Below, piece after piece: positions 54,962 to 62,288 of a DNA stretch of 62,288 nucleotides. Under the pieces are notes generated by a model. It was not told the DNA's origin. It saw only the letters and a list, made by a program, of their open reading frames with translations, and did not search any database. The stretch is from a virus. Taxonomy: Duplodnaviria > Caudoviricetes. A program made the position numbers and the translations under genes. Each line of letters begins with the position of its first letter. The stretch's first letter is position 1. The stretch lies in IMG/VR virus record IMGVR_UViG_3300032286_000962, positions 1 through 62,288 of that record; one strand, written 5' to 3'.

Positions 54962-55525
54962 ATGAAAAAGAAGATCTACGCTTACTACGAGTCGATCCCT
55001 TCCATACGTCAGGAGGAAGAGTTTGCCTGCTCTAATCTCTGGAAAGGATCGTGGGAGAGTAATGGATGGGAATGCAACATGCTGAACAAGACGCACGCCG
55101 CAGTGAGTCCGCTATTCAGGTCTTTGATGGGTAGATTTTTGAAGTACGAAGGAATCGCTCCATCCGCCATGGCTAGGTTTTCTAGGTGGTGCGCCCTACA
55201 GGCTGCAGGAGGCGGTTGGATGAGTGACTACGACGTTTTGAATTTAGGATTTACTCCTTCTCTGGCAACGGAGATTGAGTCTGTGCATCCATTGCACATG
55301 GTGGCGGGGAAGCGTTCGCATATTTTTTATGCGACACAGGAGAAGGCCGAGGAGGTGATTGGGAGTTTCATTGCAAAAGAAATACTTCGCAATGGAACTC
55401 CCATCCCCGAATCGGAGATAGTTGGTTGCGACATTTCTTTTCCGACGATTGATACTTTGTTTCATCCTGAGCGGGATGGAGAACTTACTCGATCGCAGCA
55501 GATGGTTCAGAAAATCTCTAACTAG
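54962..55525 (+). CDS. DXD (GT32-like) glycosyltransferase
   Basis: SWESNGWECNML...RW.AL...GGGWMSDYDV. Confidence 0.65.
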   Translation: MKKKIYAYYESIPSIRQEEEFACSNLWKGSWESNGWECNMLNKTHAAVSPLFRSLMGRFLKYEGIAPSAMARFSRWCALQAAGGGWMSDYDVLNLGFTPSLATEIESVHPLHMVAGKRSHIFYATQEKAEEVIGSFIAKEILRNGTPIPESEIVGCDISFPTIDTLFHPERDGELTRSQQMVQKISN

Positions 55526-55540
55526 TTCCACGTAGAACAG

Positions 55541-56278
55541 ATGGAATCTCCATTTACAAGACAGGTAGTGGTTCTGCACCAAGGTCACATCGGTGATATA
55601 ATCGCATTCATACCTATCTACAGGAAACTAGAAGCCACTAGGCTTTTAGTTACTGACGCGTCGTGGGGAGCTCCAATGACTGGGTACAAGTACGACTCGT
55701 TAAAGCCGCTGCTTGATAGCCAAGGAATCCCTTCTGATCTTAATGTCTGCAGATCGAGCATCGATTACGACACAACGAACTGGAGGGAGTGCTACAAGGA
55801 CGACATCTCTTTGATGGACGCTCAGGCAAGATACCTAAACTTGGTGGACAGGAAAAACGGGCACATGGAAATTACCGAGCCATGGCTAAAAGTCGAACCA
55901 AACGAAGATTTGCGTGGGAAAGTAGTGATGAATCGTTCTCACAGGTACAGGAACGATAAATTTCCATGGAAGAAAGTCGTGGAGCGGTACGGAAACGAGG
56001 CGGTATTCGTCGGAACAGATGAGGAGTACGACGATTTCGTGCAATCATTCGGAAAAGTGCCCCGCCACTTGACGAAAGACTGCTTGGAAGTGGCAAAAGC
56101 GATCGCTGCGAGCAAGTTGTACGTGGGAAATCAGTCGAGTGCCTACTGGATAGCCGCAGGACTGCGTGTTCCCCTGCTGCAAGAAGTCTACAAGACCGCT
56201 CCAAACAGCATTATACGATACTCAGGAGCGGTTTACTGCTTCGATGGCAACGTGGACTTTGAATCCTTGCCGCAATGA
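55541..56278 (+). CDS. GT-B fold (GT9 / heptosyltransferase-like) glycosyltransferase
   Basis: HQGHIGDII, FVGTDEE and AIAASKLYVGNQSS...AAGLRVP. Confidence 0.8.
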   Translation: MESPFTRQVVVLHQGHIGDIIAFIPIYRKLEATRLLVTDASWGAPMTGYKYDSLKPLLDSQGIPSDLNVCRSSIDYDTTNWRECYKDDISLMDAQARYLNLVDRKNGHMEITEPWLKVEPNEDLRGKVVMNRSHRYRNDKFPWKKVVERYGNEAVFVGTDEEYDDFVQSFGKVPRHLTKDCLEVAKAIAASKLYVGNQSSAYWIAAGLRVPLLQEVYKTAPNSIIRYSGAVYCFDGNVDFESLPQ

Positions 56279-56859
56279 AGCCCGTAATCGTTGCTGCAGA
56301 GCGTCAGGCCAAGGAAGTTGACAATCTCGTCAACTACATCAAGCGGCTGGATGGAACTGAGGTGCTTGTGATACCAGCGATCGACGAGACCCAAGAGTAT
56401 CCAGCTCGAAATAACTACGCGTTTCATCAGGCCGCGAAGATTATGGTTGGAAAACCTTTCTTTTGGCTGGAGCCCGACTCGATCCCACTTTGTGCAGGCT
56501 GGCTCGACCGCATAGAAGCTGAGTACGAGGGATCTTGTAAACAATTCATGCTGTCCTCCGATAAAAACTATCCTTTCGATGTTGTCGGAGGGATAGGAGT
56601 GTACGGCCCACGAACTCTTGAGATAATTCCCAAGGATATCGATGGCAATTTGAGAGGTCATGGTTGGGACATGTGGATGATACGCAACGTATTGAATCTC
56701 ATCCACAAGTCTCCACTGATACAGCATAGTTATGGGAGGTACGATAAACTCGGAAACGCTACTCCCCATAGGTTCCCATCTGAAAATAGCCTCATCAGGA
56801 AAGATTCTGTAATTTTTCACAGAGACAAGTACCAAGACATCATAAACCGCAAACCCTAA
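56275..56859 (+). CDS. Putative GT-A glycosyltransferase
   Basis: FFWLEPDSIP (ExD variant of DxD), GWDMW and VIFHRDK. Confidence 0.55.
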   Translation: MKPVIVAAERQAKEVDNLVNYIKRLDGTEVLVIPAIDETQEYPARNNYAFHQAAKIMVGKPFFWLEPDSIPLCAGWLDRIEAEYEGSCKQFMLSSDKNYPFDVVGGIGVYGPRTLEIIPKDIDGNLRGHGWDMWMIRNVLNLIHKSPLIQHSYGRYDKLGNATPHRFPSENSLIRKDSVIFHRDKYQDIINRKP

Positions 56860-56864
56860 AAACT

Positions 56865-57452
56865 ATGTGCCAAGAATCTTCCAAAGCGATGACGCGCAGA
56901 ATGTCTGGAACCGAAAAGCCCTTCTGGGAAAAAGTATTCACAGGAAGGGGCATCGATATCGGCGCTGGTGACGACCTGATCAACGTGGAGGGCGTGATTG
57001 GATTTGACGTCGAGGACGGGGATGCGAACAGGATCCACGAGTACTTCGCGCCAGATTCTTTCGACTACGTCCACGCGTCTCAATGCCTTGAGCACATGCA
57101 CGACCCAGTGGCGGCTCTCAAGTCGTGGATGACGATCCTGAAGCGTGGTGGGTACGCCGTCGTCACGATTCCTTCTTGGGAGCTTTACGAGGGAATGGTC
57201 TGGCCATCGCGCTACAATCCCGACCACAAGAGCACCTTTTCGATGTGGCAGAAAGGATCCCCAGCGCCGAACCACGTGCTATTGCCCGATTGGTTGAAGG
57301 ACAATTTCAGTGAGCACAAAGTGGAGATTTGCCGACTTGTGGACACCAACTACAACTACAAGCTCGGAACTTCAGTTGACCAGACGTTCGATCGAGAAAA
57401 TGCCGTCGAAGCATTTATTGAATTTATTTTGAAAAAAGATCTTGCGTTGTAA
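56865..57452 (+). CDS. Class I SAM-dependent methyltransferase
   Basis: GIDIGAG, FDYVHASQCLEH and LKRGG. Confidence 0.9.
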   Translation: MCQESSKAMTRRMSGTEKPFWEKVFTGRGIDIGAGDDLINVEGVIGFDVEDGDANRIHEYFAPDSFDYVHASQCLEHMHDPVAALKSWMTILKRGGYAVVTIPSWELYEGMVWPSRYNPDHKSTFSMWQKGSPAPNHVLLPDWLKDNFSEHKVEICRLVDTNYNYKLGTSVDQTFDRENAVEAFIEFILKKDLAL

Positions 57453-57683
57453 TACGACGACTAGTAAAAACAACTTAACTCGGCGTGCTTCCTCCGTATG
57501 GAAGTGACTCGGTAGGGGTCAAAAAAATCTACTAATCAGGCCGCAAACAAAAACTTCCAGCGTGCCGGGAAGTGACACAAAACCAAACTTCGTACCGAAA
57601 GCGCACGCGCCTTCCGTACAACTCTGTGGTTGTCACTTCCAAAATTGGACGAGATGGCTGCAGGGAAAACTAAACAAAATCCC

Positions 57684-58892
57684 ATGGCTAATAATTGCAT
57701 CGATCTGGCAACAGTCCAGAACTTCGCTTCCAAGGATACGAACCGTATCGTTGGACAAATCGCAAAGGTTCTTGCCCGCAAGAGCCCCTACATCAACTCC
57801 ATCGATGGTGGAACTCTCCCCAACGTCTCCGACGTTGTGCGTTCCGTCGTTGAGGAAATGGCAGTTCCCGCGTCCTCGCTGGCGTCCCCCACCTTCACCG
57901 CTGACATCAATCTTTGCGGTATCGGTGCGACTCCTGACCGCGTAGGTTCGACCGAGTATCAGTTCCAGCTCGCCACCCTCCGTGGTGCTGGCCCACGCGT
58001 CTGCGTCAAGCAAGCCCGTACCGCCTTCAAGGGTTCTTACCTTCAGGCTCAGGTCTCGCTTGAGAAGACGATCCTCCAGCTCATCAACGCTGATATCCGT
58101 TATCAGTTCTTGATCCAGTCTGGTATCAAGTACACCTGCTCCAGCACCAACACCTTCAACTCGAACTTGACTGGTGACATGCAGCAGATCAACACCCAGT
58201 TCTCTGCCAACGTCGTTGACAGCCCGCTGAACTTCAAGACCCTCTACAAGATCGGTAGCTTCCTCCGCGAGGAGATGCTTGCCGAGCCCTTCGCCTCGAA
58301 GGACGGAGAGTTCTTCCAAGTTCTTCTCGGCGCAGACGCCATCGAGAACATCCGCAACGACGCCGACGTTAAGGAGGATCTCCTCTATCTAACCGCTGGT
58401 TCGTTCAAGCTCGGTGAGGAGTCCATCTCTGGTTACCAGTTCATGGGCTATCGTGGGTTCGCCTTCGGTATCGACCAACAGCCTCTGCGTAGCACGGGTC
58501 TTGGGGTTGATGGCAACCTCGTCCTCGTCAATCCGATCATCGCTCAGGCCGTCACCAATGGTTTCGGACAGCGCCGTAACCCAGCTTGGGTGAACGCTCC
58601 CTACGAGGTCGGATTCGTCATCGCAGGCGAGAGCTTCAAGCGTCTCGTTCCTGAGCAGTACGTCGGTGAGGGCACCTTCCGCTTCGCTCCCCAACTTAGC
58701 ATGGGCGAGCTTGAGTGGACGTACTTCCGCGATAACGATTGCAACCTCTACGGAGATTTCGGTCAGCACATCTATCAGATCCAGCGTGCGATCCAGCCGA
58801 TCCGCCCACAGAACGTGTGCGCGATCCTGTTCAAGCGCTGCCCGTTTGATGGTCAGGCGCTGCCCTGCTCGACCTCCACGACTGGTCTGTAA
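57684..58892 (+). CDS. Major capsid protein
   Basis: 402 aa from ATG 57684, strongly biased codon usage, long leader, downstream hairpin and position after portal/scaffold. Confidence 0.8.
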   Translation: MANNCIDLATVQNFASKDTNRIVGQIAKVLARKSPYINSIDGGTLPNVSDVVRSVVEEMAVPASSLASPTFTADINLCGIGATPDRVGSTEYQFQLATLRGAGPRVCVKQARTAFKGSYLQAQVSLEKTILQLINADIRYQFLIQSGIKYTCSSTNTFNSNLTGDMQQINTQFSANVVDSPLNFKTLYKIGSFLREEMLAEPFASKDGEFFQVLLGADAIENIRNDADVKEDLLYLTAGSFKLGEESISGYQFMGYRGFAFGIDQQPLRSTGLGVDGNLVLVNPIIAQAVTNGFGQRRNPAWVNAPYEVGFVIAGESFKRLVPEQYVGEGTFRFAPQLSMGELEWTYFRDNDCNLYGDFGQHIYQIQRAIQPIRPQNVCAILFKRCPFDGQALPCSTSTTGL

Positions 58893-58908
58893 TAGTTAGG
58901 TAGTTATC

Positions 58909-58942
58909 GGTGGCTAGTGTAATTAACTTTATGCTAGCCACC
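58909..58942 (+). terminator. Hairpin after MCP (terminator / attenuator)
   Basis: GGTGGCTAGTGTAA...TTATGCTAGCCACC. Confidence 0.6.
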
Positions 58943-58965
58943 TCAACTGCTTAAATAATACTGCT

Positions 58966-59532
58966 ATGACTCCACAAGAATACACCCTCACTTGCCGTTT
59001 GGCGTCTGGAAGCGCAACCTTTCCAGCATATATTCGCAATCTGATCCAGAATCCTCAGATTGTGAATATCAACAACTTCGCCAATCTGATCAGCACGGTC
59101 ACGCAGGCGTCTGGTGGTATTACTGCTAAAAATCTTGTTCAACTTAATACCATTGTTCACGCGAGCGGTCTAGCCGTTGTGAATAACGCAGTAGTACCAT
59201 CGAACTCTGGAACCTATCACATCAACACGCTTGGCCAGTTCAAGTTTACTGGTGGCGGATCTGGTGGAAATATCACTTTCTGGTACGAGATTAATGATGT
59301 GGCTCCTGATAATGCCTCGTTCACATTCTTCCTGCCAACTTCAAACAACTATCAGCTACTGACAAATGTTGAGGCGGTATTGCCACTTAATGCTGGTGAT
59401 CGGATTAAATTCTACTGGTGGAGCGACATTAACCCTGCCGCAAATGTGGCCTTGCATTACACTCCAGCAGGAACAAATCCCTCCCGCCCAGCTTCGCCAA
59501 GCGTTAATGTAACAATCCTGCAACTTTCTTAA
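58966..59532 (+). CDS. Virion protein with a C1q/TNF-like beta-sandwich C-terminus
   Basis: SGTYHI...LNAGDRIKFYW...PASPSV. Confidence 0.55.
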   Translation: MTPQEYTLTCRLASGSATFPAYIRNLIQNPQIVNINNFANLISTVTQASGGITAKNLVQLNTIVHASGLAVVNNAVVPSNSGTYHINTLGQFKFTGGGSGGNITFWYEINDVAPDNASFTFFLPTSNNYQLLTNVEAVLPLNAGDRIKFYWWSDINPAANVALHYTPAGTNPSRPASPSVNVTILQLS

Positions 59533-59536
59533 AATT

Positions 59537-59770
59537 ATGTCCGATATCCCTTCCTTCCTAGATACAGCAAAATTCCGCCATCTTGTTCTTGAAAAGATTC
59601 AGGATTCAGCAGGTTTTGATCTTCCTTCATACAATGGTGTTCAATTAAGCAACTATGTTGCCGCAGACAAGCCGCAGACCATCGTCTTAAAGCAAGATGG
59701 CGTTACTGTTGCTACTTTGACACTTGCTTATGATGGGTCAAACAATCTGACTTCTATCGTTACTAGCTAA
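59537..59770 (+). CDS. Small beta-rich virion protein
   Basis: VATLTLAYDGSNNLTSI; paralog of 29183. Confidence 0.6.
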   Translation: MSDIPSFLDTAKFRHLVLEKIQDSAGFDLPSYNGVQLSNYVAADKPQTIVLKQDGVTVATLTLAYDGSNNLTSIVTS

Positions 59771-61473
59771 TGCCTTCTTTTGCCCATACAGCATACATCT
59801 CGCCTACAGGAGATGATGGAACAGCGGCTTTAGACAACCCAAGCCTTCCGTTTGCTACTGCACAAGCGGCGTTTGATATTGTTCAAGCGGATTGGTATAG
59901 CAATCAATCGGATTATTATCTCCTGTCTTTTGCCGATGGAGATGAAACAAACTATGGAGCGATTGGCGTTTTTGTTGATTGGCCTGAACAAATCTGGATT
60001 GAGGGAGCAGGAAGGAACACTACTTCTATTGGTGGAATTTCTGGATCTGCTGGTGGCGATCAATATGGAACTGGAGGTGCTGGAACAAGCCTAAACATCA
60101 ACTCCGATGGATCTATCAAGGTAGCTTATCTGCAAGGAGGGAGCGGCGGAACAGGAATAGGAGAAGGATATAATTGCTATGGTGGTGCTGGTGGAAATGT
60201 TATTGCCGCTAATTTGTATATCTCTGGCAACGTAACTGGTGGAAATGGCGGTGGAACTAACACTAGTCCATATGGTGATTGGACATACGGAGGTAACGGA
60301 GGTTCTGTAACTTTAACAAATTGCTATTGCACAAATGCATATGGTGGAACTGGCGCAGGAACTTCTAGCGATTATGAAGCGTTTTCTGGAATAGGAGGTT
60401 CAGTAACAATTTCTGGAGTTCTATCTGGAGAAACATATGCAAGTTCTATTTTCTATGGAGGAGATTCAGCATCTAGTTATGGCAACTTTGGTGGAAGTGC
60501 CGCAACGGGCGGAGGCATCGATATTTCCGATTGCACATTTAATTCTTGCGTCGCAGGGTCATCATCTGAAACTAGAGGGTTTAATGGAATTGGTGGGGCT
60601 TCAGTATCAATTACTAACTGCACATTGATTAACGCCGCAACAGCCGCAAGCGGAGGATTGGCTAGCGAGGTAAATTATGGTACAGGATCTGGAGGAAACA
60701 TTACTTTTACAAATTCAACTTGCCAAGGATGGCTATATGCAGGGAATGGTGCTGCTGCAAACATCTATGATGGTGGAAACACCGCAGGAAACGGCGGAAA
60801 CATAACAATTGTTAATTCAACAATTCCTGATGGTTTATATGGAGGAATTGCTGGCCCAAATACTTACAATGCTGACTACTACTACTCTGGTTTTGGATCA
60901 TTCGGGCAAGTGATTGTAGATGGCAATGCGTCTTTCTCTTATCCAGCAACTCAAGCAGTTACTTACAGGAATAACCTAGAATCTACTGCAAATTGGGATG
61001 TCTTTGTAAATTGGGAAGATGCAGATGGAAACTATGCATCCATTTTCCCGAGTTCAACAACCGACATTAACATATACGACAGCATTGGATTTGCATCCTC
61101 AACAAGCCTGCCAATTTCTGTAAAATCTGTATCTGTTCACGACTCTGCTTATGTCTCTATTGGTTTTTCTGCTGAATCAATCACAATGAGAGACAGCAGT
61201 ATGGTTAAATTTGGTGATTCTTTTAGATTTAGCTGTGATTGTCCTGTTGATTTTTATGATGATAGCGGCGTGGATTCAGGATATATTTTAAGCGGAGGAG
61301 TTGGGCCTTTAGCTAGATTGCACAGCAATAGTGCAATGTATAATGTCTTTTATGGAGCATTTTCTTCAGAAGCCGCTTTTGGTGCATACGAATATGTTTG
61401 CTCCTCTTCTGGCGGTGGCAACTCTGGACAGATTTCCCGCTTGCTCGGTCTTCCTTGGTTCATTAACATCTAA
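59770..61473 (+). CDS. Gly-rich beta-helix fibre/spike protein
   Basis: YISPTGDD...PFATAQAA N-terminal motif and GGxGGxVTI repeats. Confidence 0.7.
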   Translation: MPSFAHTAYISPTGDDGTAALDNPSLPFATAQAAFDIVQADWYSNQSDYYLLSFADGDETNYGAIGVFVDWPEQIWIEGAGRNTTSIGGISGSAGGDQYGTGGAGTSLNINSDGSIKVAYLQGGSGGTGIGEGYNCYGGAGGNVIAANLYISGNVTGGNGGGTNTSPYGDWTYGGNGGSVTLTNCYCTNAYGGTGAGTSSDYEAFSGIGGSVTISGVLSGETYASSIFYGGDSASSYGNFGGSAATGGGIDISDCTFNSCVAGSSSETRGFNGIGGASVSITNCTLINAATAASGGLASEVNYGTGSGGNITFTNSTCQGWLYAGNGAAANIYDGGNTAGNGGNITIVNSTIPDGLYGGIAGPNTYNADYYYSGFGSFGQVIVDGNASFSYPATQAVTYRNNLESTANWDVFVNWEDADGNYASIFPSSTTDINIYDSIGFASSTSLPISVKSVSVHDSAYVSIGFSAESITMRDSSMVKFGDSFRFSCDCPVDFYDDSGVDSGYILSGGVGPLARLHSNSAMYNVFYGAFSSEAAFGAYEYVCSSSGGGNSGQISRLLGLPWFINI

Positions 61474-61478
61474 CTACT

Positions 61479-61820
61479 ATGATTGCTCTACCTTCTTCCG
61501 TCACAATTAACTCCGTTGTTATTAACGGGGTGATTCAGCCATCTTTTGAGGTTGGCCCAGAGATTGAATACTCGGTCACATACTCCAACGCAAACAAGGT
61601 TGCTTTTGCAACTATCGCAAAACTCCCTCCTATCGCTCTTTGGCGGGGAGCAGAATACGATGCCGCTGGTCAGTTTACCGATTCCGATGTTAATGCACGA
61701 CTAACTGAAGTTATCGGAGCAGATGCATCCAAGTTCTTTAACGACCTTGTTTCCTCGCGGGTGCTGAAGAAGCAACCATCTTCTAACAAGTCTACGCCTA
61801 TACCCGCTCGTAGCGTCTAG
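61479..61820 (+). CDS. Hypothetical protein
   Basis: LWRGAEYDAAGQFTDSDV. Confidence 0.6.
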   Translation: MIALPSSVTINSVVINGVIQPSFEVGPEIEYSVTYSNANKVAFATIAKLPPIALWRGAEYDAAGQFTDSDVNARLTEVIGADASKFFNDLVSSRVLKKQPSSNKSTPIPARSV

Positions 61821-61822
61821 CC

Positions 61823-62011
61823 ATGATTAACCATCACGATACAACAATCTTCAACGGAATTATTGGCACAACGACATCGCTTGGGGCTACTGCTTTTAGC
61901 CTATTGCCACAAGTCGAGACTTGGTTGCGTATTTCATCTCTAGTTATAGGATTGGTTATTGCTATCCTGACTCTTGATAAGATTCTCAAAGAAAGAAAAA
62001 GGAACAAATGA
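61823..62011 (+). CDS. Putative holin
   Basis: 62 aa with hydrophobic segments and a basic C-terminus. Confidence 0.55.
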   Translation: MINHHDTTIFNGIIGTTTSLGATAFSLLPQVETWLRISSLVIGLVIAILTLDKILKERKRNK

Positions 62012-62288
62012 AGACTCTACAAATCATTGCACGAATCGTCATTTCGTGTGCAATGTTATGTGTAGTTGGATGCGCTCACCATGAAGACAATCATTACACA
62101 CCTCCATCAAGCGTGGAAGTCCAGCGTAATGTGGCTAGGGTTGCTCCTCATGTTCGTCCCGAAGGCAAAGCGGCCTACATCGACCTCCAGAAGTCGCTCG
62201 CGGATTATCAAGTCCAAGTGGAGAAGCAGACCGCACTACTCGCTAAAGCGGAAGCTGATGCAGTCTACTGGCATGAGAAACAAGTCAA
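62008..62288 (+). CDS. Lipoprotein, spanin-like, 3'-partial
   Basis: Manual translation MKTLQIIARIVISCAMLCVVGC|AHH..., with a lipobox and a coiled coil, directly after the holin. Confidence 0.6.
   Translation, partial: MKTLQIIARIVISCAMLCVVGCAHHEDNHYTPPSSVEVQRNVARVAPHVRPEGKAAYIDLQKSLADYQVQVEKQTALLAKAEADAVYWHEKQV

Noticed and set aside
53977-57452. DNA hypermodification role for the GT cassette
   Set aside because: Disfavoured but not excluded: no hydroxymethylase or TET/JBP partner was seen and the cassette lies in the head operon.
57506-57536. Calling the pseudoknot a preQ1 riboswitch
   Set aside because: Only the architecture is similar; the ligand-binding consensus is absent and no queuosine-pathway genes are nearby.

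Overview
This window is a near-complete, circularly permuted genome of a tailed dsDNA bacteriophage with podovirus-like architecture, and essentially all genes lie on the + strand. The order is: partial endonuclease VII; tail fibre, adaptor and nozzle genes; ejection (internal virion) proteins including a 2835-aa polyvalent protein; an Erv1/Alr-like sulfhydryl oxidase; early island 1; RuvC, dNMP kinase and a displaced fibre cassette; a replication module (SF2 helicase, DUF2800-like nuclease, probable SSB, PolA, deaminase, primase-helicase); early island 2; a ~1.1 kb non-coding origin/packaging-like region; TerS and TerL; two tRNAs flanking a structured RNA; portal; scaffold; a five-gene glycosyltransferase/methyltransferase cassette; major capsid protein; a second fibre cassette; holin; and a partial lipoprotein. 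No integrase, reverse transcriptase, CRISPR array or endolysin was recognised; the endolysin may lie in the missing segment. The most interesting candidates are (1) a probable virion post-translational modification toolkit (glycan cassette between scaffold and capsid, Erv1-like disulfide oxidase with Cys-rich virion proteins, GNAT-like gene before MGG-starting ejection proteins), (2) a polyvalent ejection protein with repeated [FY]xP linkers and an HhH-GPD-like C-terminus, (3) a 13-bp operator-like motif in eight promoter spacers, and (4) several structured RNAs. All family assignments come from motifs recognised by eye and from synteny; no searches were run.
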